Positions 54,715 to 63,898 of a DNA stretch of 64,000 bases are shown here, piece after piece. Below the pieces are notes generated by a model. The model was given only the letters and a program-made list of their open reading frames with translations, was not told where the DNA came from and searched no databases. Position numbers and translations under genes: made by a program. This stretch comes from Myxococcales bacterium. GTDB lineage: Bacteria; Myxococcota_A; UBA9160; UBA4427. Each line of letters starts with the position of its first letter. Position 1 is the first letter of the stretch. Location: the NCBI GenBank assembly GCA_012959805.1, contig DUCN01000018.1, positions 21,415-85,414 of the forward strand. Direction: 5' to 3'.

Positions 54715-56993
54715 TGCGGCGCCGGCTCGGAATCTGGGGAGCAAGCGAAGAGTCGCTACGCTTGCTGCGCCTACTGGTGGGAAATCCAGACATCGAAATC
54801 AATCGGATCTACGATGCCGACGTTGCCGCCGCTCTCGAGCGAGCGCGCGCGATCGGCGTCGAGGTCGCTCATCGCATCGCGCCTCTACTAGTCGATGACG
54901 TCAGCGCTTTCTTTGCCGAACAAGACTTCGATGCGATCATCGATTCCGAGGGCGATTTTGCCAGCCATGCACCGGCGGGACCCCGCTCAGCCCTCCAGGT
55001 CGTCACACCTCTCACAGCGCGACTGCTCTGGGGCTACGGCGTCGCTCCCAGAGATCGAAAGGCCGAGCTCCTGCAGGCCCTGCATGAAGTCGTCGAATCC
55101 GTCGATCTTACGATCGAGGCCGACGAACTCTTCGACCGGATGCTCGAGATCGCAGTCGGGGTAACGGGCGCCGAAGGGGGCAGTCTCATGCTGCTCGACA
55201 AGACCGGAGAAGTTTTGCGTATGCGCGTCGCGCGCGGCGTCGAACCCGAACTCTGGCCCAAGATACGAGTCGCCCTGGGTCAGGGCATTTCTGGACGCGT
55301 CGCCGCGCTGGGTCGTCCAATCCAGATTCGAGGTCGGGCGGATCGACGCGATTATGATCTCACCCGCGAACGCGTCGATGTCGAGTCCGCACTCTGCGTT
55401 CCGCTCATTCATAAAGGGCGCGTACTGGGCGTCCTCAACGTTCACCATGCAACGCGCGCCGACGTGTTCGCCGACGAAGACCTACGCTTCATGCAGCAAT
55501 TGGCAGGCCTCGACGCTCAGATCATTGCTCGGGCACAGGAACACACCGCCCTGCGTAGTCAGGCCGCACGCTATGACGCCGTTCGCGAAGTACAAAAACT
55601 ACTCCGCGGTCCCGCCATTCTTTCCGAGCGGCTCGAAGAGTTCTGCGGGTTTGTCGCTGAACAGACGGGCAACGGAATCGTCCATCTCTATCTCAAAGAA
55701 TCGGATGGCTCGCTGCGGCTCTCGGCAACCTCCCTCCAAGGCGGCGGCTTTGGTGACGAGTACCGCCTTCCGCTTGGGGCGGGCATCGACGGCGCGGCAA
55801 TCAAATCCCAGTCCGCACAGATTCTCCAGCACGACAACGGGCGCCTCGGCTACGCCGCCCTTCCCCTTCTTGCGGGCACACAACTGATCGGACTGCTCGC
55901 GATTCAAGTGGGGACAACGGGCGAACTCACCAGCGGCAGTCTCGAGCGCTGGCAGGAAATTGCAGCCGCAGCGGCAGAAACCATTGCGCGAACAGACCGC
56001 GAGAGTCGCTTGGCAACTCGAGCGGAACGCATCAATGCCATCAATGAAACCTCGATTCGGATGCTTTCCTGCACTGAGGCAAACGAAGTCGCCCGACTCG
56101 CTACTTCTTCTGTGGCAATGATCCTTGAAGCCGACCACGCCGTTCTTCGCCTGCAAGACACGACGACTCGACGTTATTCCATCCGGTCCTATTTCGGCGC
56201 CGCCGAAGGCTCCTCCCAGGAGGCACTCTTTCGCCTCGACAAAGCAGTCACAGTGGATGCGATTCGCCGTCGAACCCCACACCTGATTCAGGATGCCAGC
56301 CTCGATCCGAATCTCAGCGAATTCACTGAAGACATGCGTTCAGTTCTCACGGCACCGATCAAGCGGGCCGGCAAGGTCATCGGAGTCGTCTCGATCTACG
56401 ACAAGGTCGCGCTCGACCGATTTTTCGCGAGTCGCTTTGACGACGAGGACTTGCAGGTTTTTGGACGATTCGTCGCCTACGTCGAGCGCGCCCTCGACCA
56501 CGCCTATTCACATCGAGAGAACCAGCAACATCGCAATTTTGATGAAGAAACCGGACTCCCGAATGAGTCGTATCTCGAAAAACGCCTTCTCGAGGAGATC
56601 GCCCGCGCCGCCGGACGCGAAGACGCTCTCGCCCTTTGTGTCTGCCAACTCGAAAATCGAGACGAACTGACTGCCGAAGCCGGAGCAGGTCACGCGGGTC
56701 GAGTGATCACCGCGTTGGCCGAAGCGCTGCGAACGCATTTGCGTGACTTCGACGTGCTCGCAAGAATCAGCCTGGATCAATTCGCCATCATGATGCCGGA
56801 ACCGGGCAGAACACCCGGGGAACGCGTATTCGAACTGGCGCGTGCGGTCGCCGATGCGATTTCCAAAGATGACGCGCTCAACCAGCCGGTCCGCGTTGGG
56901 TTGGCTTTTGGATACGGTGCCCATCCCGCCGATGGCAATGAGAAGGATGCTCTTCTCGCCCACGCCCAGAAACCCCGAATTCGTATGGTCTAA
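54714..56993 (+). CDS. Multi-GAF protein with C-terminal degenerate GGDEF domain
   Basis: The ATG overlaps the upstream TGA. Three GAF-like modules are present (..GGSLMLLDKTGEVLRM..LCVPLIHKGRVLGVLNV; ..IVHLYLKESDGSLRL..AALPLLAGTQLIGLLAI; ..HAVLRLQDTTTRRY..LTAPIKRAGKVIGVVSIY). The GGDEF-fold C-terminus (DEETGLPNESYL..) has SLDQF (56769-56783) in place of GGDEF. Confidence 0.7.
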   Translation: MRRRLGIWGASEESLRLLRLLVGNPDIEINRIYDADVAAALERARAIGVEVAHRIAPLLVDDVSAFFAEQDFDAIIDSEGDFASHAPAGPRSALQVVTPLTARLLWGYGVAPRDRKAELLQALHEVVESVDLTIEADELFDRMLEIAVGVTGAEGGSLMLLDKTGEVLRMRVARGVEPELWPKIRVALGQGISGRVAALGRPIQIRGRADRRDYDLTRERVDVESALCVPLIHKGRVLGVLNVHHATRADVFADEDLRFMQQLAGLDAQIIARAQEHTALRSQAARYDAVREVQKLLRGPAILSERLEEFCGFVAEQTGNGIVHLYLKESDGSLRLSATSLQGGGFGDEYRLPLGAGIDGAAIKSQSAQILQHDNGRLGYAALPLLAGTQLIGLLAIQVGTTGELTSGSLERWQEIAAAAAETIARTDRESRLATRAERINAINETSIRMLSCTEANEVARLATSSVAMILEADHAVLRLQDTTTRRYSIRSYFGAAEGSSQEALFRLDKAVTVDAIRRRTPHLIQDASLDPNLSEFTEDMRSVLTAPIKRAGKVIGVVSIYDKVALDRFFASRFDDEDLQVFGRFVAYVERALDHAYSHRENQQHRNFDEETGLPNESYLEKRLLEEIARAAGREDALALCVCQLENRDELTAEAGAGHAGRVITALAEALRTHLRDFDVLARISLDQFAIMMPEPGRTPGERVFELARAVADAISKDDALNQPVRVGLAFGYGAHPADGNEKDALLAHAQKPRIRMV

Positions 56994-57182
56994 CCAAAAC
57001 GCCAACGAGGCTCGCGAAAAGCTCGACACGCTCGCCTCGATCACCCACCCTTGCGATGAGAATGATCGCAAGGGCGTAGCCGATCGCCGCCTACGACCGC
57101 GCATCCGCTCTTTCGACACGTCGTACCCGTATCGATTGGACGAGCAAGCGACCGCGTACCTGGGAGAGTCAGAGCCGACCTC

Positions 57183-57843
57183 ATGGCGAAAAGTCATTTC
57201 ACGATCATGGGTGCGGGCGAAGTGGGTTGCCACCTAGCACGCACGCTCTCCGCAGACGGCACTCAGTGCCGAAGCAGGCCATTGGACTGCGGGGGCACTC
57301 GGCGACGCACTCTTTCAGATCGTCTCGATCGTTACAACGACTGGCTTCGCCACCGCAGACTTCAATCTTTGGCCCGACTCGACCCGAACGCTTTTGGTTT
57401 CAGTCATGGTGATCGGCGGCTGCGCGGGATCCACGGCTGCCGGATTCAAGATCGCTCGAGCGCTGATTGCTTGGCGAGCCGCAATGCGCGAAGTTCGACT
57501 GACCTACCGGCTGAATTCCGTCATTTCGGTTTCCGTCGATGGAACGTCGGTTCCCGAGGATTCGGTACGAGGCGTCGTCGCGCTCTTCTTCCTTTGGATC
57601 ATCGCCTGGATCGTCGGCGCACTGCTGCTCTCGATCGGTGAGGCTGACATCCTCACAGCCGGCACGGCCTCCATCGCGACGCTTTCCAATATCGGCCCGG
57701 GCCTGGGCATGGTCGGTCCAGTCGGCGATTTCGCATTTTTCAGCGACTGGCAGAAGGCAGTCATGATCCTGCTGATGTGGCTCGGACGACTCGAGTTCTT
57801 CGCCTTGCTCGCCATCATGCATCCGCGATTTTGGAGGCGCTGA
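57183..57843 (+). pseudogene. trkA'-'trkH remnant (internal deletion joining the trkA N-terminus to the trkH C-terminal third, out of frame)
   Basis: ATG 57183 encodes MAKSHFTIMGAGEVGCHLARTLSADG (TrkA Rossmann GxGxxG), then the frame degenerates. From about 57268 another frame reads ..ALGDALFQIVSIVTTTGFATADFNLWP..VMVIGGCAGSTAAGFKI..LSNIGPGLGMVGP..LGRLEFFALL..FWRR, the last ~190 aa of TrkH. That frame has a TAG at 57235-57237. Confidence 0.65.
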
Positions 57844-57867
57844 TCCTCGAGCCCAGTATCCCGACTC

Positions 57868-59133
57868 TTATTCCTTGTACGCTTCGATTAGGATATCGGA
57901 GGTCTCGGGTCGCATGATGCGCGCATCGGGACGCTCGCCCGCTTGGAGCTGAGCCCGAACCTTTGTGCCCGAAATCGCGAACGGCTTCTCGTCCGAATGG
58001 CGCTCCGTGAGATCGACCCGACCGAGCGACTCGTAGAATGCAGCAAACCCGACCTTGCACGGCTGGATATGCAATTCGCCGGGCAGGTTGTCGAAGATTT
58101 CCTGAGCATCGAAATCTCCCCAGATCGCTTCACCATCTTCGAATGGGGCATCCGCATGCTTGCGCCCAATCACGATGTCGGAGAAGCCGTAGTTCTGACG
58201 GTAGATACCATGCATGATGGCTTCCGAAGGGCCTCCGTAGAACATTTTGATGTCGAGCCCCAGGAGCGCGAAGACATCCGAAATGTCGTACCCGGCTTTT
58301 TTCCAAAGCGCTTCGTCCTTGTCGCCTTCTCCCAGAAGCCGCTCGCCATGCAGTTTCCGGTAACAGCGCATGCGCATAGCGGCTGGGACATCGTCGCCCT
58401 TAAGCTCGCCCATCAGCGGATTCAACACTGCGCCCGCGAAATGTCCTTTGGCCGTGAGCTGTTCGATTCCATAGACCAACGCGTATTCGTGGGCACGATG
58501 GAGAGGATTTCGCGTCTGAAATGCCAACGCTCGCTCCCACTTCCTGTCTCGGATGAAGGCCCGAACCATCTGCGGGGATAGCATGAACTCGCCGTACTCC
58601 GCGTTCACAGTCTGAGGCAGAGCGCGAATGGATCCACCGATGAGCTTCCCTCGATCATCATTGTCAACGATTCGCCCGCCGGGATGATCGACTCGCTCGG
58701 TGCCGTAGACTGACTTTAGGTAGGCTGCCTTGTCCCAAGCAAAGACCTCGAGATCTTCGATAATGGCGATGACTTCACCCGACTCGGTGCGCACGGAACA
58801 GGATGTACCCGCCCCCAGAGTTGCGGCCTCGGCATCAGTCACTGGCAACGAAATTGGGATCGCCCAGGCATAACGTCCCCCGCCGGACAACACGACTTTT
58901 TCAGCCAGGACGAGATCGTAGGCCTCTTTCTTCATCGGGCCGACGAGAGGAGACAGTGCACCGTCGGCGATACGATGAATGGTCGAAAGGTCAGCCGAGG
59001 ACACTCTAATCGACGGGAGCCCCTCCGCCTTCTCGAGGAACGCCGCCTTCTCACTAAAGGGAACAATGCGGTCAACGGGTTGAGTGAGCCCGCCGTGAAC
59101 GGGAACGAGATCTTGCTGCGTTGTTGAGCTCAT
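57868..59133 (-). CDS. sat: Sulfate adenylyltransferase (ATP sulfurylase)
   Basis: [15 protein letters not shown] and [17 protein letters not shown] motifs. About 420 aa with no APS-kinase domain. Confidence 0.85.
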   Translation of the reverse strand: MSSTTQQDLVPVHGGLTQPVDRIVPFSEKAAFLEKAEGLPSIRVSSADLSTIHRIADGALSPLVGPMKKEAYDLVLAEKVVLSGGGRYAWAIPISLPVTDAEAATLGAGTSCSVRTESGEVIAIIEDLEVFAWDKAAYLKSVYGTERVDHPGGRIVDNDDRGKLIGGSIRALPQTVNAEYGEFMLSPQMVRAFIRDRKWERALAFQTRNPLHRAHEYALVYGIEQLTAKGHFAGAVLNPLMGELKGDDVPAAMRMRCYRKLHGERLLGEGDKDEALWKKAGYDISDVFALLGLDIKMFYGGPSEAIMHGIYRQNYGFSDIVIGRKHADAPFEDGEAIWGDFDAQEIFDNLPGELHIQPCKVGFAAFYESLGRVDLTERHSDEKPFAISGTKVRAQLQAGERPDARIMRPETSDILIEAYKE

Positions 59134-59237
59134 TTTCTACGAATCCTCTCGATCATCAATGCTTTTGAAAAGCCAATATCGGGATGCAAGCGCGGACTCA
59201 TCTGGAGACGCGCAATATGCCGCTTCGGAACCACTCG

Positions 59238-60365
59238 CTACCAGACGGGAAACTCAGACCATCCGTCTTCGACTAGAAGCCTTTCGCCTCTTCCATCAAA
59301 ACGGCGGACACTGAGTTTTCGGAATCCATTCGCCATCTGAACAAAGACGATGAACTGGCCATCTGGGGACACGGAAGGCATTCGCTCTTCACTGCCCCCG
59401 GGGCTGATCGGCACGCGTGAAGTGCCGTCCGGTCTTATGCGCCGCAGTCGATAGCCCGCCGAAGACGGAGATGCAAACACGATCCACTCTCCATCAGGCG
59501 TTAGCGTCGGTTCCCGCCCACGAAGAAGCAGCCTCTCCTCCGCGCGCTCTTCAATCATCTGGGTCGCAATCATGGATTCATAGACGGTGGGTACACCGCG
59601 GCGAGGTCGCGCTCGAACGTGTTCGTAGACCAAATGTCGCCCGTCGGGCGTGATCCTGATTGCACCGGGCGAAATCGCCTCGGCGATCGGCGCACCCAGA
59701 CGTCCAGCAGCCCCGGTCAAATGGACAGTCTGCTCCGAGGCGCCGCGATGCAGAGGTCGCTGCGATCGCAACAACACAATCTGGTCATCGACCCCATAAT
59801 CGCCGCGGGAATATTCAGCAGGCCCGACCGTCACGGTACGAAGCTCCTCCCGGTCAACGTCGTACTCATAGAGTTGATCCTTGCCACCGCGATGCGCAGA
59901 CACGAATAGAAGCCGCTTATGATCCGAGGACCAGGCGAGTGGCCGTGAACCCAGGGGCGCAGCCTCGAGCCTTTTGACAACACCGGTGTTCGGCCAGACT
60001 AACATGAGTCGGCCGGGTGCCTTCGCAAGCATTGCCTGGAGCCCCACATTTTTCTCGCCCTGCAAGTAGGCTTGAATCTCCGCTTCCTGAAAACGTGCGG
60101 AGTTTCTTCGGCTTGCAGGTGCCCTGGCCGACTCCCCCGACTTCTCGAATAGACCGGATCGCTTCTTCGCGTCCTGCTTTGTCCAATGCACGTACGCGAT
60201 GGGCTGATCAGGAAGTTCGCCGGCCTTCAAGCGCGGCCCAACACAGCCCACAACCAACCCTAGAATCACGGCAGCCAAAATTGGCGCAAGAACAATCCGG
60301 CCAATCCTCATCGACAGAAATCGAGTTCCTGATTCATCATTGCCCTTCGTACCGCGCTTTATCAT
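59238..60365 (-). CDS. TolB-like beta-propeller lipoprotein (PD40 repeats)
   Basis: Signal/lipobox ..ILGLVVGCVG. Repeated ..SPDG..IVF.. PD40-like blades (ITPDGRHLVY, LTPDGEWIVF, VSPDGQFIVF). ATGA overlap with the upstream gene. Confidence 0.65.
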   Translation of the reverse strand: MIKRGTKGNDESGTRFLSMRIGRIVLAPILAAVILGLVVGCVGPRLKAGELPDQPIAYVHWTKQDAKKRSGLFEKSGESARAPASRRNSARFQEAEIQAYLQGEKNVGLQAMLAKAPGRLMLVWPNTGVVKRLEAAPLGSRPLAWSSDHKRLLFVSAHRGGKDQLYEYDVDREELRTVTVGPAEYSRGDYGVDDQIVLLRSQRPLHRGASEQTVHLTGAAGRLGAPIAEAISPGAIRITPDGRHLVYEHVRARPRRGVPTVYESMIATQMIEERAEERLLLRGREPTLTPDGEWIVFASPSSAGYRLRRIRPDGTSRVPISPGGSEERMPSVSPDGQFIVFVQMANGFRKLSVRRFDGRGERLLVEDGWSEFPVW

Positions 60366-60865
60366 GGAATCGCTTTGAGCCGACGTCCTACGAAACGGCT
60401 GTTCGGTTCCTCAGACTTTTCGAAGATACCCACTTCAGTGACTCCATCGCCCAATAACGAGACAACGAATTGAGCCGCGGCGGGAAAGGGGAAGAGAGGG
60501 TGTGCGGCGAACGCCAGGTCGTCTTGGGAGAGATAGCAACCTTGTCCAAAATGCGAATGATAAATCGCGGAGACGAATTCGCCGCGTGTCTCGGCCTCCT
60601 GGGTCGCTCGAAGGTATTCCGTATGGGACATGTAGTAGGCGTGACGCGCATCCCGTGGAAAGGCTTTAGGATCGGCAACATGCATTTTGGTCATGACATT
60701 CGTCACTCGAACGACTCGCGTCCATTCGGTTTCAGTGGATCCTAAAATCAATCCACAACACTCTTCCGGTGCGACGTCCATCGCGTGCTGGCAAATTTCA
60801 TGCAGCACGTCGCTTGAGATCGACCGACTCTCGAGCGTGGGATCCAGATCAATACGTTCGGACAA
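60362..60865 (-). CDS. JAB/MPN (JAMM) metalloprotease domain protein
   Basis: E..CCGLILG followed by the JAMM motif IYHSHFGQGCYLSQDD (HxH-x7-S-xxD). Confidence 0.75.
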   Translation of the reverse strand: MSERIDLDPTLESRSISSDVLHEICQHAMDVAPEECCGLILGSTETEWTRVVRVTNVMTKMHVADPKAFPRDARHAYYMSHTEYLRATQEAETRGEFVSAIYHSHFGQGCYLSQDDLAFAAHPLFPFPAAAQFVVSLLGDGVTEVGIFEKSEEPNSRFVGRRLKAIP

Positions 60866-60982
60866 GGCCCTCGTCCCATCCGCCTCATGTTCAAGCGACG
60901 ATCAATGGGGGATTCGACGCAATCGAATGCTACTCGACACCGCCGCATCGCGCGACGGCTAGCCTTCGTCCTTCGAATCCTT

Positions 60983-61432
60983 CTAGATCTGGAAGTCGAG
61001 TCCGGCGGGCAGGTCGCGGTCGATGGAGCGTCGCGCCGCCTCGCGACAGATATCGGCAACGACGATCTCCGAAAGCATGTCAGCGGTCCGCTGCGCCAGG
61101 CTTTCCCACAAAAAATCTGGGCGGTATTCGGTCGGCGGCCAGTCGCTCTCGTCACGCTCGGAGCGTCTAACCAGAGGGCCCTCGATCGCCTCGACGACGT
61201 CCCGCAGATTGATTTCTTCGGGCCGACGCGTCAGCACATAACCGCCACCCGGGCCCCGTTTACCGACGACTAGATCCGCTTTGCGTAGGCGCTGGAAGAT
61301 CTGTTCGAGAAAACGATGCGGAATGCGATGTCGCAGACCAATCACTTCGACGCGCACCGGTCCAGCGGCCCCGTTATAGGCCAGATCAAATATCCCGCAG
61401 AGCGCGTACTGAACCTGTCTAGAGAGCCGCAT
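60983..61432 (-). CDS. Rrf2-family transcriptional regulator
   Basis: ATG 61432 gives MRLSRQVQYALCGIFDLA.. and ..LRKADLVVGKRGPGGGYVLTRRPEEINLRDVVEAIEGP. Confidence 0.85.
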   Translation of the reverse strand: MRLSRQVQYALCGIFDLAYNGAAGPVRVEVIGLRHRIPHRFLEQIFQRLRKADLVVGKRGPGGGYVLTRRPEEINLRDVVEAIEGPLVRRSERDESDWPPTEYRPDFLWESLAQRTADMLSEIVVADICREAARRSIDRDLPAGLDFQI

Positions 61433-61518
61433 CGGATCGCCAAGCATGCACGACGCGATCATCGATCGCCAGCCAGCTCACACCCACAGCCACGCTAAGC
61501 CGAAGTCTGCCCAGACTT

Positions 61519-63741
61519 TCATTTGCCGACGAGCCTGAATTGGAGCCTGGCGCGATTGGCATCCACCTCGGCGAGTTCGATGCGAACCCGATCAGCCTGC
61601 CCAATGCGCCGACCCGACTCTTCCCCCACCACAGACTCAGTGTCAGGATCGTAGATCCAGAATCCCGGGAGGCTACTCACAGGGATCAGGCCGCTCACTG
61701 CAGGTGAGTCCAAGCGAATGAAGAGACCGAACTCGGTTACGCCCGTGACGCTCGCCTCGAAGCTCTCACCTTCGCGCCCATTCATGAGCGCGCAGCAAGC
61801 CAGAGCTTCGGCTTCGCGTTCGACCTCCGTCGCGACGCGCTCTCGGCCCGAAAGCCAGATCGCGAGCCTGGACAGCTGAGTGCGGTGGGTCTCCGAGTCA
61901 TTTCGAGACGATTCTTGGCCGCGAATCAGATCCTTCAATGCCCGATGGACCTCGAGGTCCGCATAGCGTCGGATGGGCGACGTGAAATGAACGTAGTGCT
62001 CGAATCGAAGCGCAAAATGGCCCTTCGACTCGACTTCATATCGGGCTTGACTCATCGACCGCAGCACCGCCAGATGAATTCGCTCCTCAGAGGGCTCGCC
62101 CTCTACTTGTTCGAGCACATTTGCCAACACACCGGGTTGATCGAGATCGCCGGCAACTTCAATTCCCAACTGCTCGAGCAATACAGCAAGCGCAGACCAC
62201 TTCTGTGGACTGGGCGGCGGATGTGAACGATGGATCGTCGGCCGACCCGAAACATCGAGCGCTTTTGCGACTGCGCGATTCGCCACCAGCATCGCCTCTT
62301 CGATCAGAAGGTGGGCCGGATTTCGCGCGCGCAATCGCGCATCTCTCGGCATGCCCTCTGCGTCCACTTCAATCTCGACCTCCGGCAGTTCGAGAGCAAG
62401 CGCCCCATTCCCATAGCGTGTTCGGGAGAGAGCCTCCGCAATCTCGCTCAGACACAGGAGCGACTTGCCCCATTCGGCTTCGCCGCCCGAGTCCCCGACC
62501 GCATCTGCGCTTGACTCATCCTTCGCCCGGACTTTCTCCGACCCAGCATTTTCCTCGAGCCAGGAGGCAGCCTCTTCATAGGAAAGCCCAACGCGACTGC
62601 GAATCACCGCCTCGTGAAAGAGCGCAGCTAGAACAACTCCATCCGCATCCATGCGGAGCTCGGCCACGAGAACCAGGCGATCCACTCCTGCGCGAAGCGA
62701 GCAGAGATCACTCGACAATCGTTCCGGCAGCATCGGAATCGATCGGTCCGGAAAGTAGAAGCTATTGCCGCGCCGCCGGGCCTCGGCGTCGATCCATCCC
62801 GTAGCCGAGACAAAATGGCTGACGTCCGCAATCGCGACCCAAAGCCGGCAATGCCAGAGTGACGCAGACGGCACGCTCGCGGCGGCGCCTTCGTGACTCG
62901 ATTCTCGGACCAAGCGAAGTGCCGGAGACGAATGATGTTCCGCGAAGACCGCGTCATCGTGATCACGTGCGCTGACCGGATCAATCGTGATGAAGGGCAA
63001 ATGGCGAAGGTCCAGACGGTCTTCGAAATCCTTCGCCGTCAGACGCTCCTCGATCGCATCGACTTCCAACCTGGCGCGTCTCGAGAAAGTCGTCGGCAGT
63101 CGATGTTTCCAAACCAAGGCGGCGTGGTCAGCGTCAGGCAAAAACGGCTGGCCGAGAATCTTCACGACGCGAACGGCAACCTTTCGAGAAGGCCCTCGTG
63201 CATGGGATTTTGCCGCCCCTCGCCCGCGTTGTTCGAGTCGGCGCTCGGAGGGAGTAACGACCACTCTGGCTCCATCGGGGGCCTGTTTTGCGTCTCGCTC
63301 GGTCAGAATCAGTTCCGGCGCGATCACTCCACCAAAGGGCGTGAGTCGGATTGACCCGTGCACTCGCAGAAGCGTACAAACCCAGCGGTCGCGCTTCGCA
63401 TCGAGCAGCCTCAGCATCGATGCTCGACCGCCATCGCGAGATCCCAAGGGCATGAAAGAGATGCGCGCGCCGACCTCTACGGGCTCACCCAGGCATTCCA
63501 CCCGCCATGACTGTCCATCGCGATCCTCGGCAATGACATGCTGGCCGCTCGTGCTAGGCGCCTCGATCTCACGAACGATGGCCTCCTGCCCGCTCACGTT
63601 GGCACCAACCTTGCCCCTTATCTGGCCGGCCTTTGGACTCGAGTGATCGCGCGTGCCCGGGCGGCTGATACGCGGCTTGCCGACGCTCCTCGGCTTTCTT
63701 TGCTTCCCCGATTTCCGGCCGGGACCCGAATGCTTGGCCAA
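61519..63741 (-). CDS. rnr: Ribonuclease R
   Basis: RNB motif I FITIDPVSARDHDDAV, later RNB motifs (HFTSPIRRYADL) and a C-terminal S1 domain (EGESFEASVTGVTEFGLFIRL). The N-terminus is lysine/arginine rich. Confidence 0.85.
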   Translation of the reverse strand: MAKHSGPGRKSGKQRKPRSVGKPRISRPGTRDHSSPKAGQIRGKVGANVSGQEAIVREIEAPSTSGQHVIAEDRDGQSWRVECLGEPVEVGARISFMPLGSRDGGRASMLRLLDAKRDRWVCTLLRVHGSIRLTPFGGVIAPELILTERDAKQAPDGARVVVTPSERRLEQRGRGAAKSHARGPSRKVAVRVVKILGQPFLPDADHAALVWKHRLPTTFSRRARLEVDAIEERLTAKDFEDRLDLRHLPFITIDPVSARDHDDAVFAEHHSSPALRLVRESSHEGAAASVPSASLWHCRLWVAIADVSHFVSATGWIDAEARRRGNSFYFPDRSIPMLPERLSSDLCSLRAGVDRLVLVAELRMDADGVVLAALFHEAVIRSRVGLSYEEAASWLEENAGSEKVRAKDESSADAVGDSGGEAEWGKSLLCLSEIAEALSRTRYGNGALALELPEVEIEVDAEGMPRDARLRARNPAHLLIEEAMLVANRAVAKALDVSGRPTIHRSHPPPSPQKWSALAVLLEQLGIEVAGDLDQPGVLANVLEQVEGEPSEERIHLAVLRSMSQARYEVESKGHFALRFEHYVHFTSPIRRYADLEVHRALKDLIRGQESSRNDSETHRTQLSRLAIWLSGRERVATEVEREAEALACCALMNGREGESFEASVTGVTEFGLFIRLDSPAVSGLIPVSSLPGFWIYDPDTESVVGEESGRRIGQADRVRIELAEVDANRARLQFRLVGK

Positions 63742-63811
63742 TCATCACCTCGGCGTCGAACCCTTTTGGGGTTTGACGCTGTCGCATTGCCCGCGTACCC
63801 TGCGGCGCGCT

Positions 63812-63898
63812 GCCCGGGTGGCGGAATTGGTAGACGCGCTGGACTCAGAATCCAGTGTTCGCAAGGACGTGCTGGTTCGACTCCAGTCCCGGGCACCA
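63812..63898 (+). tRNA. tRNA-Leu (anticodon CAG), CCA encoded
   Basis: Acceptor stem GCCCGGG/CCCGGGC. Anticodon arm CTGGA-CTCAGAA-TCCAG gives anticodon CAG. Long variable arm (GTGTTCGCAAGGACGTGC) and T-arm GGTTCGACTCC. Ends with ACCA. Confidence 0.9.
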
